Shown here: positions 1-9,235 of the stretch, piece by piece
Layout: each line of letters begins with the position of its first letter
Numbering within the stretch: the stretch's first letter is position 1
NCBI GenBank assembly: GCA_963674745.2
Contig: CAXXDV010000003.1
Location: 1-64,000, forward strand
Reading direction: 5' to 3'
Length of the DNA: 64,000 bases
Source of the DNA: Desulfosudaceae bacterium
GTDB lineage: Bacteria > Desulfobacterota > Desulfobacteria > Desulfobacterales > Desulfosudaceae
Made by a program: the position numbers and the translations under genes
The notes under the pieces: model-generated
Told to the model about the DNA's origin: nothing
Seen by the model: the letters and a program-made list of their open reading frames with translations, nothing else
The model's database searches: none

Positions 1-1
1 T

Positions 2-106
2 AATGAACACTGGGCGTACAGTACGGAAGAGTCATACTGGCTGGGATTTGCTGATGGCGTTGTCTTTCTATGGGAAAAGATAAACGCGGATATCAAAGAA
101 AAATAA
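2..106 (+). CDS. 3' end of a hypothetical protein (partial)
   Basis: Open frame from the window edge (NEHWAYSTEESYWLGFADGVVFLWEKINADIKEK*), followed by a hairpin at 119-155. Confidence 0.45.
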   Translation, partial: NEHWAYSTEESYWLGFADGVVFLWEKINADIKEK

Positions 107-211
107 AACAATCATGCAGATAAGGCTTCCTGGTTATCCGGTCAGGGAGCCTTATCAACTTGGTGGTCGTGCCCGCAGGACAAAAAAAGTGGAATGGGTA
201 TTTTTTCTGGC

Positions 212-240
212 TTGACAATGACCCAGACCGGCAATATTTT
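212..240 (+). promoter_or_regulatory. sigma70-type promoter upstream of the replication ATPase
   Basis: TTGACA (212-217), 17 bp spacer, TATTTT (235-240). Confidence 0.55.
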
Positions 241-613
241 TAAATAAGTTTCGAGAGCAGCCCCGTAAACCATAAGAATCGGCTTACAACTCGTTCTTGA
301 GACACTATTCTGAAAGGAGTGGTGTGCTCATGGCGTGTAAGTCGATTTTTTGTTTTTATTCAGCGGGTTGTATCTTTCTCGTCTGGTTTCAGGCAGAGCA
401 GAAGATAGCCCACCCCCATGTCTTCAGTAAAACATTTCTGATTTTCCCCAAACGCAGCCTCATCTGCTGTCGCCGTGGATCTATCCAAAATCAGCTTGCC
501 GACCTGCGTACACCGCCTGGGAAAGGGGGTGGATTAGGCTGATCAACGGAAAGAATTGTCATTTAACAAATTGAATCCAACAACTTATGAAATTTTGAAG
601 AGGGAGAGAAACT

Positions 614-2536
614 ATGTATAATGAACAACCGCCTAATAATAATGAAGAACATCAAGGAAAAGAAATAATCCATTACAACCCACCCGATGAAAAACCAGAT
701 GAACCGGAAACCGATGATCAGCAGGAGGGATGGGAATACGACGAACTTCAAGCCCAAATCGATGCGTTACCGGATAATTTTCCAGATGCCGTAAGGGAGC
801 TGCAGGATTCAATCGCCCCGAAAATTGCTGTTATGTCACCGGCGTTACAGGACTATTATATTGATATGATAAAGAAAAAGTTCAGAATCGGTAAGCTGAC
901 GATAAAAAAACTGATAGAAGATGTTATAAGAATGATGGAAAAACTGATGGCCGCCGATTATGAAGAAGAAGAGGAGGAGTTGCCGTTGGACGATGAAGGA
1001 ATCGGCGAACTGGTCCATCAGTTATGTCAGGATCCGCAGCTTTTTAAAGAGCAGATGGATATGGTTAACCAGTTGGGCGTCATTAATGAGCGTTTGAATA
1101 TCGGATTGACGGCACTGGCCATAAACAGTTGCAAGTTACCCATGAGACTTAGCGGATCTGACGCTCTCGGACTTATGAATTGTGGCCTCCAAGGCGCAGG
1201 GAAATCGGTCGTTTTAAACAAAAGCCTGCCGCTGTATCCCAAGGCTATGTATTTTAAATTCAGTTCCGGATCACCCATGTCCATTGTCTACATGAAAGAT
1301 AAACTGCAACACCGGGCATTAATCCTGGAAGAAGCCTATTCGGTTCAGAAAAAGACGGCGGCAGACAACCGATTCGTCTATTCTTTGCGTTCACTTCTTT
1401 CTGAAGGCGTTTTCCGGCATCAGGTAACCAAAACGGATGAGGATGGGGTACGAGTCCCAGTAGAGATTGTCGTCAAGGGACCCATGTCGTTTGTCACCAC
1501 CAGCATTCATTCTGAAAATGAAATTCAACTGGATGACCGGATGTTTTTCACCCATCCGGATTCGTCAACGGAGCAGACCCGAAACGTTCTGAAGAGGCAG
1601 ACGGAGTTGGCAACCGGCCAGATCGATGAGGTGGATGAGAAGGAATTACTTGTCTGGAAAATATTTTATTATCGTCTGGAGCCTTGTAAGGTGATCATCC
1701 CTTTTGCCGACAAGATACTGAATTTCTTGCTGATCAACGATAAGCTCCCACATCCCGCCAGACGAGCCTATGAACGCGTTCTTTCATCGATCAAGACCAT
1801 AACCTTAACGTACCAGTATCAACGTGTCAGGGACGAAAAGGGACGGGTTAAAGCCGAAATGCAAGACTACGCCATGGCTTGGCAGCTAATTGATAAATCC
1901 TTCCGGGAATGTCTTGGCGACAGGCGGCATAAAGATTCTCGGGTGAAGCTGGTCGAAGTCCATGGACCGATAACGCCGAAGAAACTGGCTGAAATGGATG
2001 ACGTGTCAGTCCCGGCGATAACCCCTTGGGCGAAACAGTGGCTTGAAAAAGGCGTTATTCGCTGGGTCGATGCAAAAGGAAACGATCTGGCCGGAAATGA
2101 ACTGCGAAAAGCAAAAAGCCGGGGGCACGCATATCTGGCAATGACAAAAGCGATTCGCCTGCCCACGCCCTTCCAACTGACCGAAGATCCCAGGTGGTAT
2201 GTCGGCGGCGATCTGTATGAGCTGTATGATCTGGGTGTGATGGATGACGTGGCCGGCGCAGGTGACCTGGAGGAAGACGACGAAGAAATTCCGGATGCGG
2301 AGATTGTAGACGAAGAGGAGCAGGATCATGGCGCCCCAGGCGACTTGACCGATGAGAACGGAGACCAAAACTCCCCGGGAGACTCGACCGAGGATACCGA
2401 ACAGGCTGAAGCCGAAACCGTAAATGCCGAAAATGAGGACAGTGTTAAAGCGTTAAACGGAAATGCGGATGAAAAAATAAAAACTGATGATACGGACTTC
2501 GATCTGGGTATTGACTTGAGAGTGCCGCCGGAGTGA
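614..2536 (+). CDS. P-loop ATPase of the primase-associated/replicative helicase-like type, with long acidic C-terminal tail
   Basis: Walker A GLQGAGKS, Walker B-like LILEE, SLLSEG and LDDR motifs, wHTH-like segment; SD GAGGGAG upstream. Confidence 0.7.
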   Translation: MYNEQPPNNNEEHQGKEIIHYNPPDEKPDEPETDDQQEGWEYDELQAQIDALPDNFPDAVRELQDSIAPKIAVMSPALQDYYIDMIKKKFRIGKLTIKKLIEDVIRMMEKLMAADYEEEEEELPLDDEGIGELVHQLCQDPQLFKEQMDMVNQLGVINERLNIGLTALAINSCKLPMRLSGSDALGLMNCGLQGAGKSVVLNKSLPLYPKAMYFKFSSGSPMSIVYMKDKLQHRALILEEAYSVQKKTAADNRFVYSLRSLLSEGVFRHQVTKTDEDGVRVPVEIVVKGPMSFVTTSIHSENEIQLDDRMFFTHPDSSTEQTRNVLKRQTELATGQIDEVDEKELLVWKIFYYRLEPCKVIIPFADKILNFLLINDKLPHPARRAYERVLSSIKTITLTYQYQRVRDEKGRVKAEMQDYAMAWQLIDKSFRECLGDRRHKDSRVKLVEVHGPITPKKLAEMDDVSVPAITPWAKQWLEKGVIRWVDAKGNDLAGNELRKAKSRGHAYLAMTKAIRLPTPFQLTEDPRWYVGGDLYELYDLGVMDDVAGAGDLEEDDEEIPDAEIVDEEEQDHGAPGDLTDENGDQNSPGDSTEDTEQAEAETVNAENEDSVKALNGNADEKIKTDDTDFDLGIDLRVPPE

Positions 2537-2807
2537 TTTTGCACTCATGCTGAAAAAAGGGGGCCTGACTGATATCGGGTCCCCCATTTTTTTTTGCGTT
2601 GCGGCGGGATTTTGTTTAACGCTTTAACGCCTGGGGTAAAACGAGTCGTTTTGGGTTGCAAAATAACGGCATAAGGGGTTCCAAGGGGTGTTAAGGCTGG
2701 TGTTTAACGGCTTAATATCAATTGTCAGGTACTGCTTACTGCCGCCGGCACCTGACGTTAAATTCCGGCTTCGCACGTTTAAATGACTGGGCGTTAAAGC
2801 GTTAAAC
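2444..2807. repeat. Iteron-like 15-bp repeats (GTTAAAGCGTTAAAC)
   Basis: Exact copies at 2444-2458 (+), 2614-2628 (inverted) and 2793-2807 (+); degenerate inverted copy at 2702-2716. Confidence 0.75.
2553..2595. terminator. Rho-independent terminator, potentially bidirectional
   Basis: A-tract, GC-rich stem GGGGGCCTGA/TCGGGTCCCCC, T9 tract. Confidence 0.75.
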
Positions 2808-2921
2808 GAGTTTGAGGGGGAAAAAATAAAATTTGATGTTTTGGTGCCGGGCACTCGTCAAGGTTTCTCCAGAAATATATTTCTGATATATTGAAGCCAT
2901 AGCCCCAAAGGACATCCCAAC

Positions 2922-3263
2922 ATGATAAACAGGTCATCCATTATCCTAAAAGCTAAAGAGCCATTCGTGCAATGGGTCAATGCTGCTGATCCTTATTATG
3001 AAAACCCTGGCATAACCCTGGAGAGCGTTAACAGCGATAGAACAGTTTATCTGATATCTGAAGAAGACGCAGAAAATCTGGAACAATGGTTATCTGTCAA
3101 TTTCAGCACCCTTTTCGAAAATGAACTGGAAGGCTGGTATGTGGACGAATCTTTGTGGCCAGAAAACCGGGACAGGGCTACCTTTGATAAATGGTTCTCT
3201 GTTGAGTGTCATTCCGTGGTAATTGACACTGTGGGTGGGGTTATTGAGGATGATGGGGACTAA
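2922..3263 (+). CDS. Conserved acidic hypothetical protein
   Basis: 113 aa ORF with SD; conserved-looking INRS..K.PF..W..WP..R..F..WF pattern. Confidence 0.75.
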   Translation: MINRSSIILKAKEPFVQWVNAADPYYENPGITLESVNSDRTVYLISEEDAENLEQWLSVNFSTLFENELEGWYVDESLWPENRDRATFDKWFSVECHSVVIDTVGGVIEDDGD

Positions 3264-3293
3264 AACATACTTTCTAAAAAAAATGGCAGTCCT

Positions 3294-4133
3294 ATGATTA
3301 CAATTTTTAAAATATTGGAAATTTACGGCATTGAGCCCAGCAAGATAAAGCTGGTTCGACATGGGAACAAAGAAATCCCTGTTCGTGAAACGTTTTTGAA
3401 TAATATAAAAAAATTTGAAGCCTATCAATCCTTTCAAAAGCCTAACAGATTTGGCAAGGCAAAATCAGTCGTTGTTTTCGCTCCATATTTCAAGACGACC
3501 GCCATTCTTTTAGGTGTTTGGGATATAGTCGGGTATGTTGAGAGCAAAAATTTTCCTAATGAGACTAAAAAGCTGCTAAAACAATTTGGTTTTCCAGAAA
3601 ACTGGCTAAAACATAATGTAATGTATCGGCTAAAAAGAAACAGAATCCTTGATGACCTGTCTGAACGCCTAGTTATTGAATGGGGAGCCGCTACCGTTTC
3701 TTGGGTTCAATCAAAAGATAAAGAGGTCGTTGAGATTAAGGGGAAGAAGTCTGTCGGTGATTTCCAGTCTTTCAGTTTAGTTGACTTTGAATTTCAAGAC
3801 CTCAAAAATATAATTCAGTATCCAGACACTAATCTCACTTGGGTAAAAGCATTGTCTTCTGTTAATGGCGTATATTTAATAAAAGATAAGCTCTCAGGAA
3901 AATTATATGTGGGCTCAGCATACGGAGATCAAGGAATTTATGGAAGATGGTCAACATATGCAAAAAATGGCCACGGCGGGAATAAAGAGTTAAAAGGGCT
4001 AAACCCTGTTAATTTCCAGTTCTCTATTCTTGAGATTGTTCCCGCAACAGCAACAGCAGAAGCTGTAATTGAATGTGAAAACAGATGGAAAGAGAAGCTT
4101 GGTACCCGTCAATTTGGCCTTAATATTAACTGA
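3294..4133 (+). CDS. GIY-YIG nuclease family protein
   Basis: C-terminal GVYLI...LYVGSA...RW...E..WK..L..N motif set. Confidence 0.85.
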   Translation: MITIFKILEIYGIEPSKIKLVRHGNKEIPVRETFLNNIKKFEAYQSFQKPNRFGKAKSVVVFAPYFKTTAILLGVWDIVGYVESKNFPNETKKLLKQFGFPENWLKHNVMYRLKRNRILDDLSERLVIEWGAATVSWVQSKDKEVVEIKGKKSVGDFQSFSLVDFEFQDLKNIIQYPDTNLTWVKALSSVNGVYLIKDKLSGKLYVGSAYGDQGIYGRWSTYAKNGHGGNKELKGLNPVNFQFSILEIVPATATAEAVIECENRWKEKLGTRQFGLNIN

Positions 4134-4175
4134 AGTGTAACATTGAAGGATTTTTTCGAATTACGTACGCTCCAA

Positions 4176-4625
4176 TCATTTAATTCTTTTTCCTTCACCT
4201 TTACCTTCATCAAACTCCCAGATCTCAACATCAGAGGGGATCAAATGTGTTTTTGTCCGAAGATAATATTCAGCTAATGTTTCATTTCTTTTGGGGCTGA
4301 AAGACCTTAACACAAAGAATATCTTTCGGAATCCGTGTGGAGTTGCATGAAAATAGTACATAGCTTGATCCCAGGTGGTAATCTTGGCGCTTGGGACATT
4401 TTCCCCTTCAGTCCAGGTATGTGATTTACATTCCACCAAAATCTTTTTTTCTCGATTGCCCAAATCAAAACGATGAGCCTTTTTTCCGTTAATTCCGATA
4501 TCGACGGAAATATTCTTTTCAAACATCAACCCTCGGGTTTTGAAAAATTCACAAACTACTTTTTCAAATTCACTCCCGACATGACTATTACTTTTTGAGC
4601 CTTTACGTTGAAATGGTTTGTTCAT
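4176..4625 (-). CDS. PD-(D/E)XK (restriction endonuclease-like) nuclease
   Basis: G..FE, FD and VECKS motifs; start chosen at ATG 4625 (ORF is open to 4649). Confidence 0.7.
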   Translation of the reverse strand: MNKPFQRKGSKSNSHVGSEFEKVVCEFFKTRGLMFEKNISVDIGINGKKAHRFDLGNREKKILVECKSHTWTEGENVPSAKITTWDQAMYYFHATPHGFRKIFFVLRSFSPKRNETLAEYYLRTKTHLIPSDVEIWEFDEGKGEGKRIK

Positions 4626-4649
4626 TATATATCCGTGGGATTTACCCAA

Positions 4650-5768
4650 TTAATTAAAAGCAACTCTACCCAGAAGTTTACGAAACGCTCTTAAAAACAA
4701 TCCAAAATCCTTTGCATCATCAGTCCCACCTGGATATTTATTAGATCCGCTAGATTCAATACTTCTGTTCCCATATTGGATACAAACTCTCCAGCTTGTT
4801 CCATCCATTACACCCGGATCTTCATAGCGGGTTTCCCATTCCCAAATATTGATCTTGTTTATAGCGGTCCAAAATGTCAGCCATTGGTCCTCTGTCGGGT
4901 TTATTTCTTGTGTATTTAAAAGTTTATATCTGTCACCATATGTCTTGTATATGAGCCTTTTACCGTCAATTTCCGCACCGTATGAAGTACCCAAGTAACC
5001 ACCAATTCCGACTTCAAACTTTTCGGGTAGATAATCGATTTCCCTGGCATCAAGATTCTCAGATCCAACAAAGGTGCATTTATCAATAATTCTTGGTATG
5101 GGTACTTTTTGTCTGCTTGAAAATCTTTTAAAAGAAGTATCAAGGTTCTGTAGTTTTTTAAAGTTCTTATCTTTCTTTTCACTTGTCCAGTTTTGAAGCT
5201 CGTTTTGATAAAGCCTCATAACTTCGAGATAAAGATCGCCGTCAAGCTCACGGTTCTTCTTGATTCCATAAAAATATGATAGTTCTTTACGAGCGTTGCT
5301 ATCTATAATGATAAACAAATCAGGGATAAGAAAGTGTAGTATTTTTGATGCACCAACCGGAAAACGTCTATTGCCAATCAAGTTCAAACCTTTTGGTCCT
5401 GATTGAGACAGGTTTTCAAAAAGACGAATGATTTTATTGCAGATAGCTTGGTTTGATAGGTCAATCTCAGGCAATGTATATGGACGTAAATCCTGTAAAA
5501 CTTTTTTATTTTTATCGAGAAGTTTCTTTAATCTTGCCGCCCAGGATTTATCTCCATCACGGAGATATTTAACATTCCCCATCATCCTTTGCATATCAAA
5601 AGAAATCAGACCGGCAACAATATCATCGATATAATCATCTGTGTAGATTTCGTCGGTTTTATTCCGCCTGTTGATTACATAGTGATATACGGCTTCGTAA
5701 TGTATGCCAATGGCATTAAAATAGGAGATCTTTTCTTTTGCTTGATTCAGGATATTCAAGGCAGTCAC
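4650..5768 (-). CDS. Two-domain hypothetical protein; N-terminal helical domain with an HhH-glycosylase-like motif
   Basis: 372 aa; ASKILHF..P.LF.I.DS motif; separate C-terminal domain (GIGGYLG...DGTSW...GSN.YP). Confidence 0.55.
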   Translation of the reverse strand: MTALNILNQAKEKISYFNAIGIHYEAVYHYVINRRNKTDEIYTDDYIDDIVAGLISFDMQRMMGNVKYLRDGDKSWAARLKKLLDKNKKVLQDLRPYTLPEIDLSNQAICNKIIRLFENLSQSGPKGLNLIGNRRFPVGASKILHFLIPDLFIIIDSNARKELSYFYGIKKNRELDGDLYLEVMRLYQNELQNWTSEKKDKNFKKLQNLDTSFKRFSSRQKVPIPRIIDKCTFVGSENLDAREIDYLPEKFEVGIGGYLGTSYGAEIDGKRLIYKTYGDRYKLLNTQEINPTEDQWLTFWTAINKINIWEWETRYEDPGVMDGTSWRVCIQYGNRSIESSGSNKYPGGTDDAKDFGLFLRAFRKLLGRVAFN

Positions 5769-5776
5769 AATATTAA

Positions 5777-6202
5777 TTAGGCACCCACATACGTTCCCCG
5801 TCTCACTCGCTTTATCTTTCCCTGCTTATACAGTCGGTGAACGATATTCCGCAGCTTTTTATCCTCAAATCCGGTCTTCGCCTTAAGCGATTCGACATCA
5901 ACGCCCTTTTTGCTGCGTTTTATTGCTGCCAGGACAACATCGGTTGCAGTACCAGAACGTTTGGCGCCGGCTAATTTTTTCGTGGGTGTGGTGGCTCTGG
6001 TTTTCTGAGTAACATTTTTTTCATTCTGTTTTGCCAGCTTTTCTAATTCGGAGAAATGCTTCAAAAGTTTCTCAGCGATGGGCATAATCTTTAGAATATT
6101 GTCGATAGACTCTTTGAGTTTTATTCGTTTGGAATTATCCAAGCTGCGCAAAGCAGAAAGAAGGGCTTCTTCTTTTGATACATTTTTCGGTTTTTTTGGC
6201 AT
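5777..6202 (-). CDS. Basic winged-helix DNA-binding protein
   Basis: Lys-rich; C-terminal wHTH pattern LKAKTGF..KKLRNIVHRLYKQGKIKRV.RGTY; SD AGGAGG. Confidence 0.75.
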   Translation of the reverse strand: MPKKPKNVSKEEALLSALRSLDNSKRIKLKESIDNILKIMPIAEKLLKHFSELEKLAKQNEKNVTQKTRATTPTKKLAGAKRSGTATDVVLAAIKRSKKGVDVESLKAKTGFEDKKLRNIVHRLYKQGKIKRVRRGTYVGA

Positions 6203-6233
6203 GATGTGTCCTCCTGGGAATTATTGTTAACGG

Positions 6234-6497
6234 TTATTTCAAAAATGCTCGGATCTTTTCTTCCAAGTCCTCTGCAAAAACATTACATGCTGTTTGTATC
6301 TGGAGTTCCAGTTCTGCCGGATCGTTTCCATATTCTCTGTGGAGTCCGGAAGCCATAATACTGGCAATAAAGACCGTAACGGTATTATAAATCTGCTGCT
6401 CATCAGTTCCATCTATACCCATGTTTTTAAATAGTTGGCCATAGGCGTTAAACAGTTGATCAAGGTCAATTTCAAAACCGTCCATGTCGATTATCAT
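6234..6497 (-). CDS. Hypothetical protein
   Basis: 87 aa acidic ORF with SD AAGGA. Confidence 0.6.
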   Translation of the reverse strand: MIIDMDGFEIDLDQLFNAYGQLFKNMGIDGTDEQQIYNTVTVFIASIMASGLHREYGNDPAELELQIQTACNVFAEDLEEKIRAFLK

Positions 6498-6737
6498 AGG
6501 GAAGTCCTTTTGGTGGTTTGGGTTAGGATAGATTCAGAAAAACACATTTTAAAAAGAAATTCAAGGATATAAAGTGAAATCATAGTTGACACCTTGCCTA
6601 TAATCATCTAAAAATTTGTAGAAGAAGAAAAAACTGGGGGGATTGTGGCCAAGAAGTAGTATGGTGGCATGGAATCAATCCGGCTATAAAATGGTTAATA
6701 TATATAAGAATAAGAATATTAGATTGAGGTCTTTAAA

Positions 6738-9077
6738 ATGACAACCAACAAAATATTCGTTCCCTATTCATCGTTTCCAGATCAAATTGGTATAGTAATT
6801 GAGGCGGCAGCACAACAATTAAGACGTTCAAATAAAGATATAAAAATAAATACATGGAAACAAATAGATATACCGGGAAGGTTTATAATTGAAGGGATAT
6901 TTGATAAGATAGAATCTTCTGATATTGTTTTGGCTGACCTTACCCAACTAAATTTTAATGTAATTTTTGAAACTGGATATGCGATTGGGAAATCAAAGAG
7001 AGTTTTTTTAATAGTAAACGCATCGCTGTCTCCTCCCAAAAAAGAATTTTCACAACTGGGTATTTTCGATACTCTTGGGTATCAAGAGTATTCAAATTCA
7101 ATAGAATTGTCGGATTATGTTTCTAAGATAATTGATATTTCCCCACTTAGCTTCCCTGATTTCTCAACGGACAAGACCTCTCCCATTTACGTACTTGATA
7201 CTTTATATAAAACCGATGCATCCATTAGAATTGTCTCAAAAATTAAAAAAGCTAGAATTAATTTCAGAAGTCATGATCCCAATGAACAACCAAGGCTATC
7301 TTTGCTAGATGCCTACAAGAACGTAAAAAAATCTATCGCCGTTGTTATCAATCTTCTATCCTCTCGTGCTACAGATTATCAGCTCAACAATCTCCGGGGA
7401 GCATTTATTGCAGGCTTATCTTATGCGCTGGATAAGGAAACACTCATACTACAAGAGGGCTACGAGCCTGTACCATTAGATTACAGGGACTTTGTTGAAG
7501 TTTATAAACACCCTCAAGATGTCGACTCCTATATCAACGAGCTTGCACCTAAAGTAATGGAACAAGTTCAGAAAGAGGAAATAGAGAAGGATTCAATGTT
7601 AAACGGTGTTCTTCCTAATCTAGAATTAGGGGCGCCGGCAGCGGAAAATGAAATGACGAGCCTGGGTAACTATTATTTTGAAACTGATGAATACAAAAGG
7701 GCTTTACAAGGGGTCGTGCGATTAGCTGTTGGCCGTAAGGGAACTGGTAAAACGGCGCTTTTCTTTCAGGTTCGGGATCGGGTAAGACAACACAAACAAA
7801 ACGTAGTATTAGACCTAAAACCAGAAGGCCATCAGTTAAAAAGATTTCGAGACGTGATTCAGCGTCTTGGCGAATCTGTGCAGGAGCATGTTGCTACTGC
7901 TTTTTGGGAGTATGTACTACTACTTGAGATCTGCCATAAAATATTACAAAAGGACAGGGTCCTACACACAAGAGACCATAATCTCTTTGATCAATACAAA
8001 AAACTTGAAGAACTATATTCAAATGATGAATTGATTGAAGAGGCAGATTTTTCAGAAAGGATTCTTAACTTAGTTCATAGGATTAACAGTGAATTTGAGG
8101 AAAATTATGGTTCTAGTGATAAGCCATATTTGAAAGTTGGAGATGTTAATCAACTTATATATAAACATAGTATACCTGAATTGCGCGATGAACTTGTTAA
8201 GTACTTAAAAAATAAAGGCTCTGTGTGGATTTTATTTGATAATATTGATAAGGGGTGGCCCACAAGGGGTGTTAATAAAACAGATATTATAATTCTACGA
8301 GCTCTACTCGATTCGACAAGAAAAATAGAAAGATTGTTACAAAAAGATAACATAGAAATAGTGACAATGATTTTTTTAAGAAATGACGTTTATGAGTTAC
8401 TTGTCGATGAATCTCCAGATAGAGGGAAGGAATCACGAGTTTCTTTGGATTGGAGTGATTCAGAGCGATTAAGAGAATTTATTAGGTTGCGTTTCATATC
8501 GAATGCTTTGCAAAAAGATACAAATTTTCAATCTATTTGGAACTCAATTTGTGTTTCTCATATCAATGGAGAGGATACAGCAGAATATTTGATACAGAGA
8601 TCTTTAATGAGGCCGAGATATTTTCTTACTCTTGTAAATCATTGTAAAAGTAATGCCGTTAATTTTCGGCACGATAAAATACTAGAAAAGGATATCGAAA
8701 AAGCTTGTGAAACATATTCTGCAGATTTGGTCAATGAAATTGGATTAGAGATAAGGGATGTCTTTCCCAATGCGGAAGATATCCTCTATTATTTTATTGC
8801 CAAACCATCATTCTTATCTCTTTCCGAGGTGAAAGAGGTATTGAAGGAATGTGTTGAGAATGATCGTGATATTGACAGATTAATTGAAATTCTATTTTGG
8901 TTCGGATTTCTTGGTGTGCGACTCAAAAAAAATAATGAAATTAAGGATTCATATATTTATGATGTATTATACGATATGAAAAAAATGAAACGGCTATGTA
9001 ATAATTTTCAGGATGGATCACTTATAGTAACAATCCATTCTGCTTTCTGGCCTTTTTTGGAGATTGAACAAGCCTAA
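6738..9077 (+). CDS. P-loop ATPase (FunZ/Sll1717-like) with two N-terminal NDT/TIR-like Rossmann domains
   Basis: ADLT..NFNV.FETGYAIG motif; second degenerate repeat (AFIAGLSYALDK); AENE motif; Walker A GRKGTGKT; Walker B WILFDNID. Confidence 0.75.
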   Translation: MTTNKIFVPYSSFPDQIGIVIEAAAQQLRRSNKDIKINTWKQIDIPGRFIIEGIFDKIESSDIVLADLTQLNFNVIFETGYAIGKSKRVFLIVNASLSPPKKEFSQLGIFDTLGYQEYSNSIELSDYVSKIIDISPLSFPDFSTDKTSPIYVLDTLYKTDASIRIVSKIKKARINFRSHDPNEQPRLSLLDAYKNVKKSIAVVINLLSSRATDYQLNNLRGAFIAGLSYALDKETLILQEGYEPVPLDYRDFVEVYKHPQDVDSYINELAPKVMEQVQKEEIEKDSMLNGVLPNLELGAPAAENEMTSLGNYYFETDEYKRALQGVVRLAVGRKGTGKTALFFQVRDRVRQHKQNVVLDLKPEGHQLKRFRDVIQRLGESVQEHVATAFWEYVLLLEICHKILQKDRVLHTRDHNLFDQYKKLEELYSNDELIEEADFSERILNLVHRINSEFEENYGSSDKPYLKVGDVNQLIYKHSIPELRDELVKYLKNKGSVWILFDNIDKGWPTRGVNKTDIIILRALLDSTRKIERLLQKDNIEIVTMIFLRNDVYELLVDESPDRGKESRVSLDWSDSERLREFIRLRFISNALQKDTNFQSIWNSICVSHINGEDTAEYLIQRSLMRPRYFLTLVNHCKSNAVNFRHDKILEKDIEKACETYSADLVNEIGLEIRDVFPNAEDILYYFIAKPSFLSLSEVKEVLKECVENDRDIDRLIEILFWFGFLGVRLKKNNEIKDSYIYDVLYDMKKMKRLCNNFQDGSLIVTIHSAFWPFLEIEQA

Positions 9078-9235
9078 AAAGCCATCTTTAGATTATTCAT
9101 TCTCTGGTGCTAAGGCATAAGAGGACACTGCCAATTAGAAACGTTCATATTGGGTCAGTGATAAATCAAACCTCAAAATTTTGCTCCCCCCTATGGCGCG
9201 ATTTTTAGAGCCATATAAAGAAAAAGGATGGATTC

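Noticed and set aside
297..542. 81-aa ORF upstream of the ATPase
   Set aside because: No recognisable motif and it overlaps the hairpin leader; a leader peptide cannot be excluded but is unsupported.
4155..4170. TTACGTACG as a fourth res-like copy
   Set aside because: Only the 9-bp core matches; the flanking subsites are absent.
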